The notes: generated from the letters alone by a model not told the origin. A stretch of DNA of 64,000 bases from Octopus vulgaris (GCA_951406725.2 OX597818.1:76074001-76138000), one strand, 5' to 3'. Counted from the first letter of the stretch, positions 1 to 12,750 are shown. Numbers and translations: made by a program.

Positions 1-217
1 GAAATGTTCGTATTGGAGCTTCCGACACGAATGCCAGGCAGTACAGCATATCGTTTCCAAATTTCTGGCAGAGATAATTGCGTCAAGGTGTTGAATTTCT
101 TACAGACGGTGCCCAACTCACCCTACTATATTGTGTGTTAGACAAAATCAAAAACAAACAATGCGCATGCGCGAAATTAAAAATATAAAATGGTGACAAT
201 TTACCCATCTCACCCTG
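1..217 (-). mobile_element. 5' end of a Tc1/mariner-superfamily (maT/DD37D-like) transposon running off the window edge
   Basis: Ends ...CACCCTG|TA (TIR CAGGGTG plus TA). The minus strand reads TQLSLPEIWKRYAVLPGIRVG, resembling the N-terminus (PQLTQEMKGHAVIVVIKA) of the element at 47267-49750. Confidence 0.55.
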
Positions 218-547
218 TATGTATGTAGATACATACACACAGATTTGTACTCGCACATGTACCTATACACATACATTTACATGTACACACACACACATAT
301 ATATAAACACATGTACACAGATATACATATAGTTACATACATAATTACATTCATGTATAAATATATGCATACACACACATATAATATCTAAGATTAACTG
401 TAAAGAAGATATCTGTATAAAAGAGGAAAAAAAAAAGAAAAGAAAAGGAATAAAAGGAAAAATTTGAGCAAATAATTATAATCTGAGAAGAATAGTAAAT
501 GATGAGGTAAAAGTATCGCAGTTCTGAATAATGATGGTTTATCATTG

Positions 548-762
548 ACTTCAAATTTTAGCACAAGGCCAGCAATTTAGGGGGAGGCTGTGAGTAGATT
601 ACATTGACCCCAGTACTCAACTTTTATTTTATCGACCCCCGCCCCAAAAGGATGAAAGGTAAAGTTAACCTCGGTGGAATTTGAACTCAGAACATAGAGA
701 CGGACGAAATGTCGGTAAGCATTTTGTCCGGCGCGGAAACGATTCTGCGAGCTCGCCGCTTT
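548..762 (-). mobile_element. tRNA-derived SINE, family A
   Basis: Reverse complement of the family A sequence (GGCGGCGAGCTGGCAGAATCGTT...GAGTTCAAATTCC B-box...CATCCTTT...GGGGTCGATAAA). Imperfect TSD tgatggtttatcattga / tgattgtttaatattga. Confidence 0.85.
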
Positions 763-1166
763 ATGATTGTTTAATATTGATAATATATATTATCTGACTA
801 TGAATATATCTATCATAGTAAGTTGTTCACCTTATTGATGACGAATTCTGTAAGTATTTTGTTATCAATAAGAATATTGGTGTTGCCATTTAGAGTTATG
901 TCTGTTGTGGTGATATTTAAAGTAATAACCCAATAATTAACTGCAGAAGCCAAATTGCCTCTGAGAAATCTTACTAGAATTGCTTAGGATCAAAACGGTA
1001 TCACGTTCAAATTATAGTTACCATAGGTATACATACTTGTATGAAGAGCTTTCATAAACTAAGTATCTTAATGTGGAATGGCTGTCTTTTTCTTTTGTCA
1101 AAATTGTGTATCTCAAGCACTGAGAGTTTGAGCATGCTTAGGTACCTATTCACAGTTTATAAGAAA

Positions 1167-1746
1167 CTAGCAGTATAACCCGGCCTTGCCCGGGATTAAG
1201 TTACGATTGTTAAGCTAATCAAGTTCTTTATTTCAAACCAGACTAAGTAATATCGACTCTCAACAAAACACTCATCGTAAAATAAAAACAAAACTCTTTC
1301 GCACCCAAAGTAATTGTCTTACCCTTTTTTTTTTGTTTAGACGCCGTGAAACTCTCTTCCACTTTTCTTTATCTTATTTTTTTGTTAGACGCCGTCAAAA
1401 AGCTATGGCTGAAAATAAATTTTTATGAACGTCGTCACTTACTCTCTCCCTCTCTCACTTTGTCTTTCCCGTGAAACTCTCTTCCCCTCTTCCACTTTTC
1501 TTTACCTTATTTTTGTTAAACGCCGTCAAAAGGCTATGACTGATATTTTTTATGGCTAAAAGCTATGGCTAAAAATAGAATTTTACCGCTATTAGCGGGT
1601 GTCTCGGGAAAAAATAAGTTGACAAAACCCCAGATATGGTGTTGACGAACGTCCTCCTAAAATTTGAGCGACATGCGTGCTAATTTGTGGATGTACATAA
1701 ACTACAATCACGTACACACACACATCTTGCTTTATATATATACAGA
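1167..1746 (-). mobile_element. Non-autonomous Helitron, copy 1
   Basis: Minus strand starts TC(TGTATATATATAAAG) and ends with a GC hairpin (CCCGGGCAAGGCCGGG) followed by CTAG at 1167-1170. Confidence 0.8.
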
Positions 1747-1908
1747 CTAGTAGTATAACCCGGCCTTGCCCGGGATTAAGCTACGATTATTAAGCTAATC
1801 AAGTTCTTTATTTCAAACCAAACTAAGTAATATAGACGTCAAATTTGGGCGAAATCCGTTGAAATTAGTTATATTATATATATATATTTATGTATTTTTT
1901 TTTACTTT

Positions 1909-1950
<42 letters not shown>

Positions 1951-2543
1951 TATATATATATTATACATATTATATATATGTAATATAATATAAATATATA
2001 TGGGCAACAGACACGAACACACATACACACACGTACGTACGTACACCTATTGCATGTTTTGTGCACGCATACATGTTCATAAACAGAAACGAATGGAAAA
2101 AATGTTAAATTTGTAGATTAACACTCGCACAATTTTCACCAAGAAAAAAAATCGTTTTTTTTTGCATGGAAACAACTACTCTGGCCTCAAAACCCTTTTT
2201 GTGGTCCGTGAAACGGAGTGGGGTGCGGTGGAAGCCTCGCAAATTGTACCCATTTATATTGTGTAATTCACTGACAAATTGTTACTCACCTCTTTGTTTC
2301 TTTGTTGTTAAATAAATGGATTGTCAACAAAACACTTTTTTACTCGGCGTAAAATAAAAGCAAAACTTTTTCGCACCCAAAGTAATGTGTGAGGGGGTGG
2401 GGAAGATGAACGATTTAAAATAAGTAAATGATTTAAAATAAATATATTGTAATTGTTGTGTGAGAAAGTATATATACTATGATTATAAAATATAGTGTGC
2501 CTTTCAAAAACAAAAAACAAAACATTTTACATTATATTTTTTA

Positions 2544-3977
2544 CTAGCAGCATATCCCGACGTTGTCCGGGTATGTAAGAAACTTTGTCGATAAGCAATG
2601 CCCTTTACCTTTTTACCCTTTTTGGTACTCATTGAAGCGTTATTTTGTAAAATGAAGCCTAAAAGGCATTAAGGCATTCAAGGCACCGTTCCCTTGCATG
2701 CATGAAGAAAATCTATGACAGTCAAAGTGCATTTTCTGGTTTTGTTTAGCACACCCAACCCAGTTCTGCAGGATCAGTGTCGCAACGGGAACGCATGGGT
2801 TGGGAGTTTGACAGGCAGAGGTTGCACATGCCGGCCCTTGTGTTTGCGGCGTCAGCAGCTTGGCGAGCTCTCTTCTGTTGAGGTGTTTCGACAGATCGTG
2901 TCCTGGTGGTACTAGCGGCGTTAGCCGCATTCCGAATGGCCCTTTGTTCGGGGTTCTCGCGAGCTCTGCGGATGGAAGCACAGGGAGAAGCCCGCATGTT
3001 TTGGCTGGACTGTTGCTCTTTCGTCAACCTCGAGCAGAGAGAAGATCTGTACGCTGCGGCCCTTGCAAGTCGGGTAGAACGGTTGCTAGTAGTTTCAGAT
3101 GCTTGAGCAGCGGCAGAACGGGAAGCGGTTTCCTCGTGGGTCTCGCGTGCCCTTCTAGCCCTAGCAGCAAATATCGACTAAATCGCCTGAAATCCGCCAA
3201 CTATTTAACAAAAGTCAGTTTTGTAGGGTTCGCATGGTCGGTCTCAAAGTGATATAGTTTTGTCGATTTCTCCCAATATTTGTTAACTGCATTGACAAAA
3301 GGTCGTTAGTTTGACATTTAATGCAAACTTGATGTCCAACATCGGTGTAGGGAAAATCTATGTGAACTTTCAAAAAATATCGCAGAAAAATCGGTTTGCT
3401 ATGTGTGCCACATATGATCTAATTAACCGATTTTTTCCAGTAATAACGTATCCTATTGGAATCAAAAGGGCCATATAGCTCCTTGGAGCAGACATGATGC
3501 TCGCTGTGAATTTTAAAAAAAAATTCCTGCCAATTTGTTAAAGATATTGTCGAAAATATGTCATCTTGAATTTGAACGCGATTTCCCAAGATGGCATGAT
3601 TTTATCTATTTTTTCTGATGGTAAGGTATTGCATGGAAAACTAACGTCAGAATTAAGTTCCTTAGGGTAACATTAAGCTTCACCATGAGTTTGGTAAAAA
3701 GCGATTGCAAGTTGCGAAAACTACAACGGAAAATGTGTTGCAGATGATAAGCTTAGATTCTCGACCCCATGTCGAATTTATCGATTTTTTCAGAACTGGA
3801 GGAACTTTTCAAAATTTTCGCTGCGTTAGTTTTGACTTATGACATTGGGCTATGTGTGTGTCAAGTTTCATCAGAATCGGTTGAAAGCTGTGGTCAGAGT
3901 GAGGGTACAACCTGACAGACACACAGACAGACAGACAGACACACAGAAAGACAAACTGCCTTTTATATATATAGAGA
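2544..3977 (-). mobile_element. Internally deleted Helitron, copy 3 (different family), nested in copy 2
   Basis: 5' TCTCTATATATATAAAAGG; 3' hairpin CCCGGACAACGTCGGG plus CTAG at 2544-2547; inserted between A and T with no TSD. Confidence 0.8.
2746..3178 (-). pseudogene. Helitron RepHel N-terminal remnant with STPR-like repeats
   Basis: Frame reads RARETHEETASR...RARENPEQRAIRNAANAA...RSVETPQQKRARQAADAA, the ETxEQRxxR repeat seen at the N-terminus of many animal RepHel proteins. GC-rich island inside copy 3. Confidence 0.65.
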
Positions 3978-4448
3978 TGAATGTAGTCACGTACTCTCTC
4001 TCCCTCTCTCACTTTGTCTTTCCCGTGAAACTCTCTACCTCCTTCTTCCACTTTTCTTTATCTTATTTTTTTTAGTTAGACGCCGTCAAAAAAGCAATGG
4101 CTCTCTCTCTCCCTCTCTCACTTTGTCTTTCTTGTGAAACTCTCTGCCTCCTTCTTCCACTTTTTTTATCTTATTTTTTTTTGTTAGACGCCATCAAAAA
4201 GCAATGGCTGATATTTGTTATGGTTAAAAGCTATGGTTGAAAATGTTTGAAAATAGATTTTTACCTTATCCGCGGGTGCCTTGGGAAAAAAATAAGTTGG
4301 CAAAACACAGATAGGATGTTGACGAATGTCCTCCTAAAATTTGAGCGACATGCGTGCTAATTTGTGGACGTGCATAAATTACAATCACGTACACATACAC
4401 ACGCACACACACACACGCACACATATCCTCCCTTTTATAGATATGATA

Positions 4449-5060
4449 AAGGCGGCGAGCTGGCAGAATCGTTAGCACGCCGGGCAAAATGCGTAGCCGT
4501 ATTTCGTCTGCCGCTACGTTCTGAGTTCAAATTCCGCCGAGGTCGACTTTGCCTTTCATCCTTTCGGGGTCGATAAATTAAGTACCAGTTACGCACTGGG
4601 GTCGATGTATACGACTTAATCCGTTTGTCTGTCCTTGTTTGCCTCCTCTGTGTTTAGTCCCTTGTGGGTAGTAAAAAAATAGGTATTTTCTCTGCCGCTA
4701 CGTTCTGAGTTCAAATTCCACCGAGGTCGACTTTGCCTTTCATCCTTTCGGGGTTGATTAAATAAGTATCAGTTACGCACTGGGGTCGATATAATCGACT
4801 TAATCCGTTTGTCTGCCCTTGTTTGTCCCTCTATATTTAGCCCTTTGCGGGCAATAAAGAAATAAGAATCGTTAGCATGCTGGGCAAAATGCTTAGTAGC
4901 ATTTCATCCGTCTTTACGTTCCGAGTTCAAATCTGCCGAGATTGATTTTGCCTTTCATCCTTTTGGGGATCGATAAAACAAATATCAATTCAGCACTGGG
5001 GTAGATTTTATCAACTTTCCCCCTCCCGCGAACTTGCTCGCTTTGTGCCAAAATTTGAAA
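4449..5060 (+). mobile_element. Family A SINE multimer (one full unit plus two partial units)
   Basis: Three successive GTTC(T/C)GAGTTCAAAT...GCCTTTCATCCTTT...GGGG units. Confidence 0.9.
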
Positions 5061-6849
5061 AGGTAGAAAAGCAATAAACTTGTATTAATCATACAGCATA
5101 TTTTGAATTGCAGGAATAAGCCATTTTTAATCTTCGAATCCTAGGATAAAAGAAATATCTGTAAAGTACGATACCTACCAACATAGGACTTGAGAGTGTC
5201 ATCGCAATGTACATCACACATACGCTGGATCTTTAATAGAGACACACAGAGTTAGGCTTAAACTGAGCTGTGGCATGCGCATATTTGTTAGTTGTGAGTT
5301 GTGCACGGCAGGGTTAGAGGAGTCTCTGCTGATGTTAACATTTTTAGTTTTTCCTTCTTGAAATTTAATTCTTTCATCTATAATCGGGACATTCCGAGAC
5401 TTCAGTGTCAAACAGAACAAATTTCCTTAACGAACGGGACACTGGGACAGACTCTTCAAACGGGAACGGATAGTAAGCCTACATCTGAGACCTTCTCATA
5501 GAAGTTATTTGTTGATGAACTGTCATACCATTTACAATGATTATTAATCGTTGTTGAATCAGAGAAAAACCAAACCATTTGTTAGTAGTCTACAATAGGA
5601 CAATTTATGTGTAGATAAAATTGTGTATGAGAAAAACAAAATTCTATAAAGGCATTAAACTACAAGGACAGCCACAAATTAACTTTAATAATGTGTTAGT
5701 GTGTACATAATAACGTTTTTATAGAAATATGAAATATATTTGTTACAAAGAAAACTAAATATTTTTTATATCGGCCCATTATTGAGTATGAGACTTGTGA
5801 CGGTTACAAACTCGCAAATTTTTTCACTTTGTTTGCAGTGAGTTTGTGACGAACTATAATTGCCTAACGTTATAATATCAAATCGGTTGCGATATCTTCG
5901 TAGTCGGTAAGTCACTCAGCTAAAACCAGATTCTATAAAACAAAAAGCGGAAAAAAATTAGTGTCATTTGATTCCAATTTCTCCCAGAAAAATGGAAAAT
6001 TCCAATCAATTTTATAGATTACTAATACTTGAATCGAGTTTGAGCAGTCTCACTGCTTATAACTCAGTGAGCTTTTCTTCTAATTTTATGTCAACATCAG
6101 CTGTATTTCCGCCACACGTATTCACCACCCAACATGGAATAATCATCTCTGATAAATCGCAAAATCAAACTTTCATATTACGCTATAAATACTTTAAAAT
6201 ACTCAACATACACGGAAAGATTATGATTTCACAGTTCAGTGTCAGTGGTAGCCAGAGTGGGTTAAATTTACTAACCGGCGTTCTGTATTAACTCGGAATA
6301 ACTACAGTTTCACCATGAATGCAGTAAAAGCTTTTGTGCAAGAAGATTGCAGATTTCTCTTTGTGATTTTTTACTTTGCTAATTAAGCATGTCAAATACT
6401 GAGTGCAGCAAAAAATCTCCCAGATTTACCGTTTTTGATCATTTTAACAAGAAACACACGATATACACATATCTAAAACCATGATAGCAACTGACAAAAT
6501 AAGCAAAAACAAACGTTAAAACGTTAGGTACATGATGATACTGTTACCGTCCGCCTAATTTCAGTAGCAACAGGGTGCGGTTGAAAAAAACTGTGGTAGG
6601 TCTTTTTGCTGTACCCTGTATATCTGAGAGAGGCCAAATTATTTACTATTAAGAATATCACAATACACAAAAATACCACAAAAAGTGAGGGAAAGAGTTA
6701 ACTTTTTGTAGACTTGGTAAGTCGCATAAGTAGGGGTTAAGATATTTTATCACTTTTTTCAGAAAGTTCTCGATAAAAACGACCGTGAAGTGTATTTCAT
6801 TAGATATGGTTGACTGCTTTTCTTTTTAACTTCTATTACAATAACAGAG

Positions 6850-7270
6850 CTATCTTGTAGACAGCAGACCACACAGTACATGCAAAATACAAGACAACAA
6901 TTTTAAAACTAAATGTTGAACTCCTTGTATTTGCTTACAATAGCAGGAACACCATTTGTTGCACAAGTTATTATGTTTCTGAATGGAATATTGTATCCCT
7001 TAAAATAAATTTCAACTTCTTTAAAATGTCTTACTTTTTGTGTCAGTTGTAATCCTTCCACAATGACAAAAAATGCTTGTCTTCTTTGAGTTAATTATTA
7101 TCCCCAAAACCTTATGTATGTCATCAAAGAAACTTCAATTATCAGCAGAAAGATGAACCATCAATTTACATAGTAAACTGCTTTGCTAGTAATCCCCCAA
7201 CAAATATTTCTCACCCCGTCAGTTATTTCTTCAATGCATCTCGATACGAAAAGAAATGCTCAAAGACATA
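6850..7270 (-). pseudogene. Decayed hAT (Charlie/Buster-type) transposase fragment
   Basis: Manual translation across frameshifts gives SRCIEEITD...QFTM*IDGSS...LMTYIRF...TTDTKS...FKEVEIYFKGYNIPFRNIITCATNGVPAIVS, matching the SRRI..M / F..QLDES / CATDGAPAMVG pattern. Confidence 0.65.
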
Positions 7271-7773
7271 GCCTTGGTAATCTCTTGTGCATTGTTTGAT
7301 GACAGTAAAATTACAACAAAAACCACTGGCAAAATTGAAGCTACCTCTCCGTTTTGTGGTTTGCAAACTTTTGCAATTACACACATACGTACCTTCATGT
7401 GTGTGTATGCTTCAACGTAGTCAGAGTACGGTAAACTATTGCCTGTGCATACCCTATATCGGCAATGATGTAATGGGAGTCATGATCAGTGAGGCTAATA
7501 TGGCCAATATTTCATTACACTGATCCTATAATTCTAATACCATCCATCACAATCTGCAACACAAAGAAAAAATCAAATAAAACTCAAAACAAAGTTGATG
7601 GCAAGAACGCCAAATCTTCAAAGCTACTATCATTTTTTTCCTTTTAAAAATAAGTATAGCACATACTACTGAGTCGGGCATCCAGGGGGGAATATATACT
7701 CCACAGATTTAAGGAAACTTCAACCCAATGTTTGGATGTTTTTATTTTAAACTTTACAAAAAAATCAGATAAT

Positions 7774-8043
7774 ATATTCTGTTGTGTCTGGGGGAGTCAT
7801 TCTCTTTTGGTGCCATATAACTTAACACACTCACCGGTAAAATTTCCACTTGTTTCTTTTTTATTTTTCTAAAATTTTCGTTGCGTCTTGCAACCTTTTC
7901 AATAGTTTTGACTCTCGAAAAGGTTGCAAGACACAACGAAAATTTTAGAAAAATAAAAAAGAAATAGTGGAAATTTTACCGGTGAGTGTGTTAAATTATA
8001 AGGCACCAGAAGAGAATGACTCTCCCCAGACACAACAGAATAT
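7774..8043. repeat. Long inverted repeat (127-bp arms, 16-nt spacer), possibly an inverted Penelope-like terminus
   Basis: 7774-7900 is the reverse complement of 7917-8043 with about 7 differences. The direct repeat aaatcagataatatat occurs at about 7762 and 8096. Confidence 0.9.
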
Positions 8044-8199
8044 GCTTCAACACACGAACTCACATAAAGAATCTTGCAAACCAAATCCAACAACGAAATC
8101 AGATAATATATATATATATACACACATGTTTGTATGTATAGACGCATACATACATACATATATATATGCATGCATATACACACACATATGAATGTATGC

Positions 8200-8279
<80 letters not shown>

Positions 8280-8284
8280 TCTTT

Positions 8285-8560
8285 TAATTTACTAAAGAGA
8301 ATTGAGAATTTCCGTATTGTCTTTGATGACAGATGTTTAGATATACTTTTTTAGAGACCTGTCATTGTGGAATGCTTCTTGCTTCTAGCTGACAATAATC
8401 CATCCCACGAGATGACAAATGGAATGAGTTTTATTTTATAGTTACATAAACTTTTTCAATAATCATCCAATTGCATATATTTTTGAATTTGATGTTTTCC
8501 GAGTTTATCAATATCAAAAATTCTAAAAGAGTATGTAATTTGCTCGAAGCATTGCAACAT
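8285..8560 (-). pseudogene. Decayed restriction-like endonuclease (RLE) non-LTR C-terminal fragment
   Basis: Minus strand reads KIQKYMQL...KIKLIPFVISWDGLL...YI*TSVIKDNTEI, resembling the K..KY..L / IP.V.SWDG end of RLE-clade ORFs. Confidence 0.4.
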
Positions 8561-9062
8561 GTATAAATAATATGAATGTTCAAAGATAAAAGGAAAGAAA
8601 ATCTTTGAGTAATGCAGGTGAGAAGTAAAGCAATATATATATATATATATATATATATATGGTGGTGTGAATAAATGAATAGAAAGGGAAAATATATTAT
8701 ATCACTTTACACAGGTTGATTCTATAATATTTGAAGAAAGATTCTCCTCATCATTTATAAGAATTATAGTCCCTTATATTTCAAGAGTTTCGGAGAAAAG
8801 TGTTGTTACCAACTAGCCATTTATCTAATAACTAACTATATCTTGATTCGCATAATTGATCTCTAAAATTAATAAGTTACACGTTCACCGTAGTATTTAA
8901 TGTTGAAATAAGAATAAAATAATTACAACTATATCTTAAAGTAGAAAAAATAGAGAGTAAACAATCCAAGAAAAACGGAAGTTAGCGGCTGACTTTACGA
9001 TGACATTTGTCCAAATGTCTTCGCAAAAATTGTTAAGTGTTATCATTTTTTTTATGTTAGTA

Positions 9063-9292
9063 AACGCGACGAGCTGGCAGAATCGTTAGCACGCGAGGCG
9101 ATATGCTTAGCAGTATTTCATCTGTCGTTCTGAGTTCAAGTTCTGCCGAGGTCGACTTTACCTTTCGGGGCCGATGAAATAAGTACCAGTTGAACACTGG
9201 GGTCGAGGAAATATGTACAAGTTGAACACTGGGGTAGATGTAATCGACTAGCCCCCTCCCCCAAATTTCAGGCCTTGTGCCTATTGTAGAAT
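9063..9292 (+). mobile_element. Family A SINE with a small internal duplication
   Basis: Family A head and body; agttgaacactggggt present twice; TSD tttttatgttagt on both sides. Confidence 0.85.
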
Positions 9293-9679
9293 TATTTTTA
9301 TGTTAGTTAACCTACTATGGTTAATAAATATACATACATACATACATACATACATAATGTACGCATAATTCAGGTGACGGTATATGCTAACATTATAGAA
9401 ACAGAGACAGTGACGTTTTAAATTTCATGTTAGCAATATTACAGTGGTGAACATAGTCGTCTTGGATTCTCATGTATCACATTTAAGGTAGCCTCGTCTT
9501 TTAATAACTTTCCAAACATTCCTTTAACTTAGTAGTTATTTTTTTTCTTTCTGTGTAGAGAAGACACAAGAAGTATCTGCTGTGTCAACCAAGCAGAGAT
9601 CACGACTTAAGTCTGTATTTCAGTGAACAAAAATAACGTATATTGAATGCTAAATTCGATGTAGTTTTCAGGTATCTCT

Positions 9680-9725
9680 TTCTTCCTCCTCCTTCTTCTC
9701 TCTCCCTCTCTCTCCCTCTCTCTCT

Positions 9726-9761
<36 letters not shown>

Positions 9762-9867
9762 ACATACCTACATATATATATATATTTGCATGTAAGTATA
9801 TATATATGTGTGTGTATATATCGTATATATATGCATATATATATATCCGATATATATATGTATGTAT

Positions 9868-9929
<62 letters not shown>

Positions 9930-10195
9930 CATAGATATATATATTATATACACACATGAAATTTTATACACACACACGAAATGTATACATACAAATATAC
10001 ATATATTGCGAACATGCATACATAAATGCACACGCAGACACACACAACGCATCCACACGCATGTCTCACACATACACACACGCACATACAGTCACATACA
10101 CACGCGCGCACGCACACATACACACACGCATGGACACACTCACATACACACGCACACGCACACACGCACACACACATACCCTTGCGCGCGCGCGT
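9680..10195. repeat. Compound (CT)n/(CA)n/(TA)n microsatellite block
   Basis: Directly visible dinucleotide runs. Confidence 0.95.
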
Positions 10196-10854
10196 AAAAG
10201 ATTTCCTGAAAAGAATTCTTTAAAAGCTATTTTTTCTCGAAATAGAGTATCTGAAAACTGATAGATTAGTTAAGTTAAATATAAATCAAAAACGAAATTT
10301 TGTTTAAATTCACCTCAGATTCTGGCTTCTTAATATATAAAATATATACATTTTAACATTTTTCTCTCAAAAATCGTATAGAAACAATTATTTTTAGTTC
10401 AATTTAGTCATGATTAAGCCAGAAACTGAAGTACAGTGCCGAGAAGTTTTTGTAGGGTTTCAGACACTTGTAAATGTAAATGGGGGTGAATCATAAACCA
10501 TTGGTTATTGTAGAAGTTATTTTATCTCCATGCTAGTCTGAGTGCAGTCTGCTAAGCGTACCCCAGGACAAAGATGTTGTGTTAGACCGAGTAATGGATT
10601 AAATATAATTACAAAAACAGACAGATATGACCTAACAGGTCTACACACAGTTTCCGGCTCCAAAAGTTTACACAAAGGATTTCGGTGAAGCTAAGGTTGT
10701 GACAGGAGACAAAAAAGTCGTGAGAGCACCGAACAGAATGTCTTGCAGTGTTCTTGTGGTCTAGGAGCGAAATTCGCTTTTAGGCACAATTTTACTTTTC
10801 ATCCTTTCTGGGTTGGTAAATAAAGTAGCAGTCCTGTACTGGTGAGACGAGTCT

Positions 10855-11258
10855 CGTCACCGTCGTTGTCGTCGTCGTCCTCCTCCTCTTTCTGCTGCTC
10901 CTCCTCCCCCTCCTCTTTCTGCTGCTCCTCCTCCCCCTCCTGTTCTTTCTGCTTCTCCTCCCCCTCCTCCCCCTCCTCTTCTTTCTGCTTCTCCTCCAAC
11001 TCTTCCCTCCCCTCCTCCTCTTTCTGCTTCTCCTCTTCCTCCTCCTCCTCCCCTCGTCTTCCTTTTCCACGTTCTCGGCCTCCTCTTCCTCCTTCTCGTC
11101 CTTTTCTTGTCATCTTCCTCCGCCTCTTCCTCCTTCTCGTCCTCTTCACCCCTAGTTCTCCATCATCATCATCATCATCATCACCATCGCCGCCACCACC
11201 ATCACCACCACCACCACCACCACCACCGTCACCGTCGTCGTCGTCATCATCATCATCC
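10855..11258. repeat. Trinucleotide-derived low-complexity tract (CCT/CTT, CAT, CAC, GTC) with an approximately 27-bp higher-order unit
   Basis: Repeated cctcctctttctgctgctcctcctccc units followed by (CAT)n and (CAC)n. Confidence 0.9.
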
Positions 11259-11598
11259 CTGGAGAGCGAGCGATATGAGATGTTCAATTCATGCCGTGAC
11301 GGCGCCTGTACGATTCCTTCAGGAGTTGAAGCACTCGTAAATAAAGATTTCCCTAAGATGTTCGACAGCGTGATCGAACCTGAAACTATTTCATTATTGC
11401 ATTTTGAAATTTTTTTCGGTCACAGTCTAACCAAAAATAGGGTTGACTACGTCATTAATTATTTCCTACAACAACCCCTAACTGCTCTGAACGAACAAAA
11501 TGCCTATAACCTCGACCCCACCATCGATCCGAGCCCATCCACCCTTTAATTCTTTCATGTGTCTTACACTTCAAAACCGTGGGTGGTACGGTTCACAT

Positions 11599-12052
11599 CA
11601 GTGGTTCTAAACCAATTTTTTGTAGGGTCCGTTTCTAAGTAGTTATACCCTGCGCCCATCTAATGATGAGTGAGATATCAGGACTAAATTAACTTATCAT
11701 GGATAATTTTGTTAAAAAATTAGTTTGTATAAGCTTTTAACTGTGAAATGAGAAAAAAAAAAACTAAGAAAGACAAAAATTGTAAATTTACTTTATACAT
11801 TGCAAGTAGCTTCTATGTGCCTGATGAGATCAAGCTAAATTTTCTATAACAAGTTGAGCAACAGTGTAGATTTTACGCAATTTCTCGATCTGCTAGAAAT
11901 AGCAGCACACTACTTATCTTTCATTTTATTTTAATAACCCTTACTAGTCTTATCATGTATAATATAATATAATTACTACTATAGATAAAATTCAGTGTTA
12001 ATTATATTACTTCACCGCTCCCTTCATCGCCCCCTCACGTTGAAAACCTCTG
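11599..12052. mobile_element. Probable hAT (Charlie-type) MITE
   Basis: Imperfect TIRs CAGTGGTTCTAAAC / CAGAGGTTTTCAAC; 8-bp flanks gttcacat / atctacat (5 of 8 match). Confidence 0.45.
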
Positions 12053-12332
12053 ATCTACATGGTCTCTTAATCATCTAGAATAACGTTCCAGCCTAGACCA
12101 TCACGTAAGTTTTTTCTTTTCAAATATAGTGTTATTTGGATTACCATATTCATAATATACAATATATCCTACTTTTCTTTTTAAGCGGCAAAGCATGATT
12201 TTGAGAAAAGATTTGACTGTTATTTTTTGAAGTAGGTCGAACGAGCATGTTAGGTTCGGCCAGTTCTTAAAATATATTCTGGAAAGTTAGATTCTATTTC
12301 TACACCTAATTATCACGTGACTAAAATACTAG

Positions 12333-12750
12333 TCTCAAACTTTGTCACAAGGCCAGTAATTAAAAGGAAAGAGCTAAGTCGATTACATTGCTCAGCTGGT
12401 ACTTATTTCATCGACCCTGAAAGGATGAAAGATAAAGTCGACCTCGGCGGAATTTGAACTCAGAACATAAAGTCGGAAGAAATGCTGCTAAGCGATAACG
12501 ATTCTCCTAGCTCACCGCCTTTTACCTGACTGAAATATTGGTTTCAAATTTTGGCATAAGACCAGCAATTTAGAGGTGGGGTGAAGTCGATTACATCGAT
12601 CCCAGTGCTCAACTAGTACTTATTTTATCGACCCCGAAGGATGAAAGGCAAAGTCGACATCAGCAGATTTGAAATCAGAATGTAAAGACGGACGAAGTGC
12701 CGCTAAGCATTTTACCCGGTGTGCTAACGATTCTGCCAGCTTGCTGCCTT
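12333..12750 (-). mobile_element. Two tandem family A SINEs
   Basis: Copies at about 12333-12521 and 12541-12750, with a related target sequence on all three sides. Confidence 0.9.

Larger units (their letters stand above)
1747..4446 (-). mobile_element. Non-autonomous Helitron, copy 2 (same family as copy 1), interrupted by copy 3
   Basis: 1747-1832 is nearly identical to 1167-1252, including CTAG and the hairpin. 3978-4446 resumes similarity to 1426-1746. The 5' end position is approximate. Confidence 0.75.

Noticed and set aside
5960-6480. Possible transposase or host exon remnant
   Set aside because: No motif I could assign on either strand.
6571-6618. 48-bp CAGGGT...ACCCTG|TA mini-element
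   Set aside because: Only about 8 matching TIR bases and no left TA; may be chance or an unresolvable relic.
9607-10261. CVCV, YIYI and HTHT ORFs here and throughout the window
   Set aside because: Dinucleotide and tetranucleotide microsatellite artefacts.
10792-11549. Long ORFs rich in S, P, E, D, R or H
   Set aside because: They are translations of trinucleotide low-complexity DNA, open in several frames on both strands, with no domain or splice support.
11821-11850. CTGATGAG hammerhead core box
   Set aside because: No stem II or GAAA box follows.
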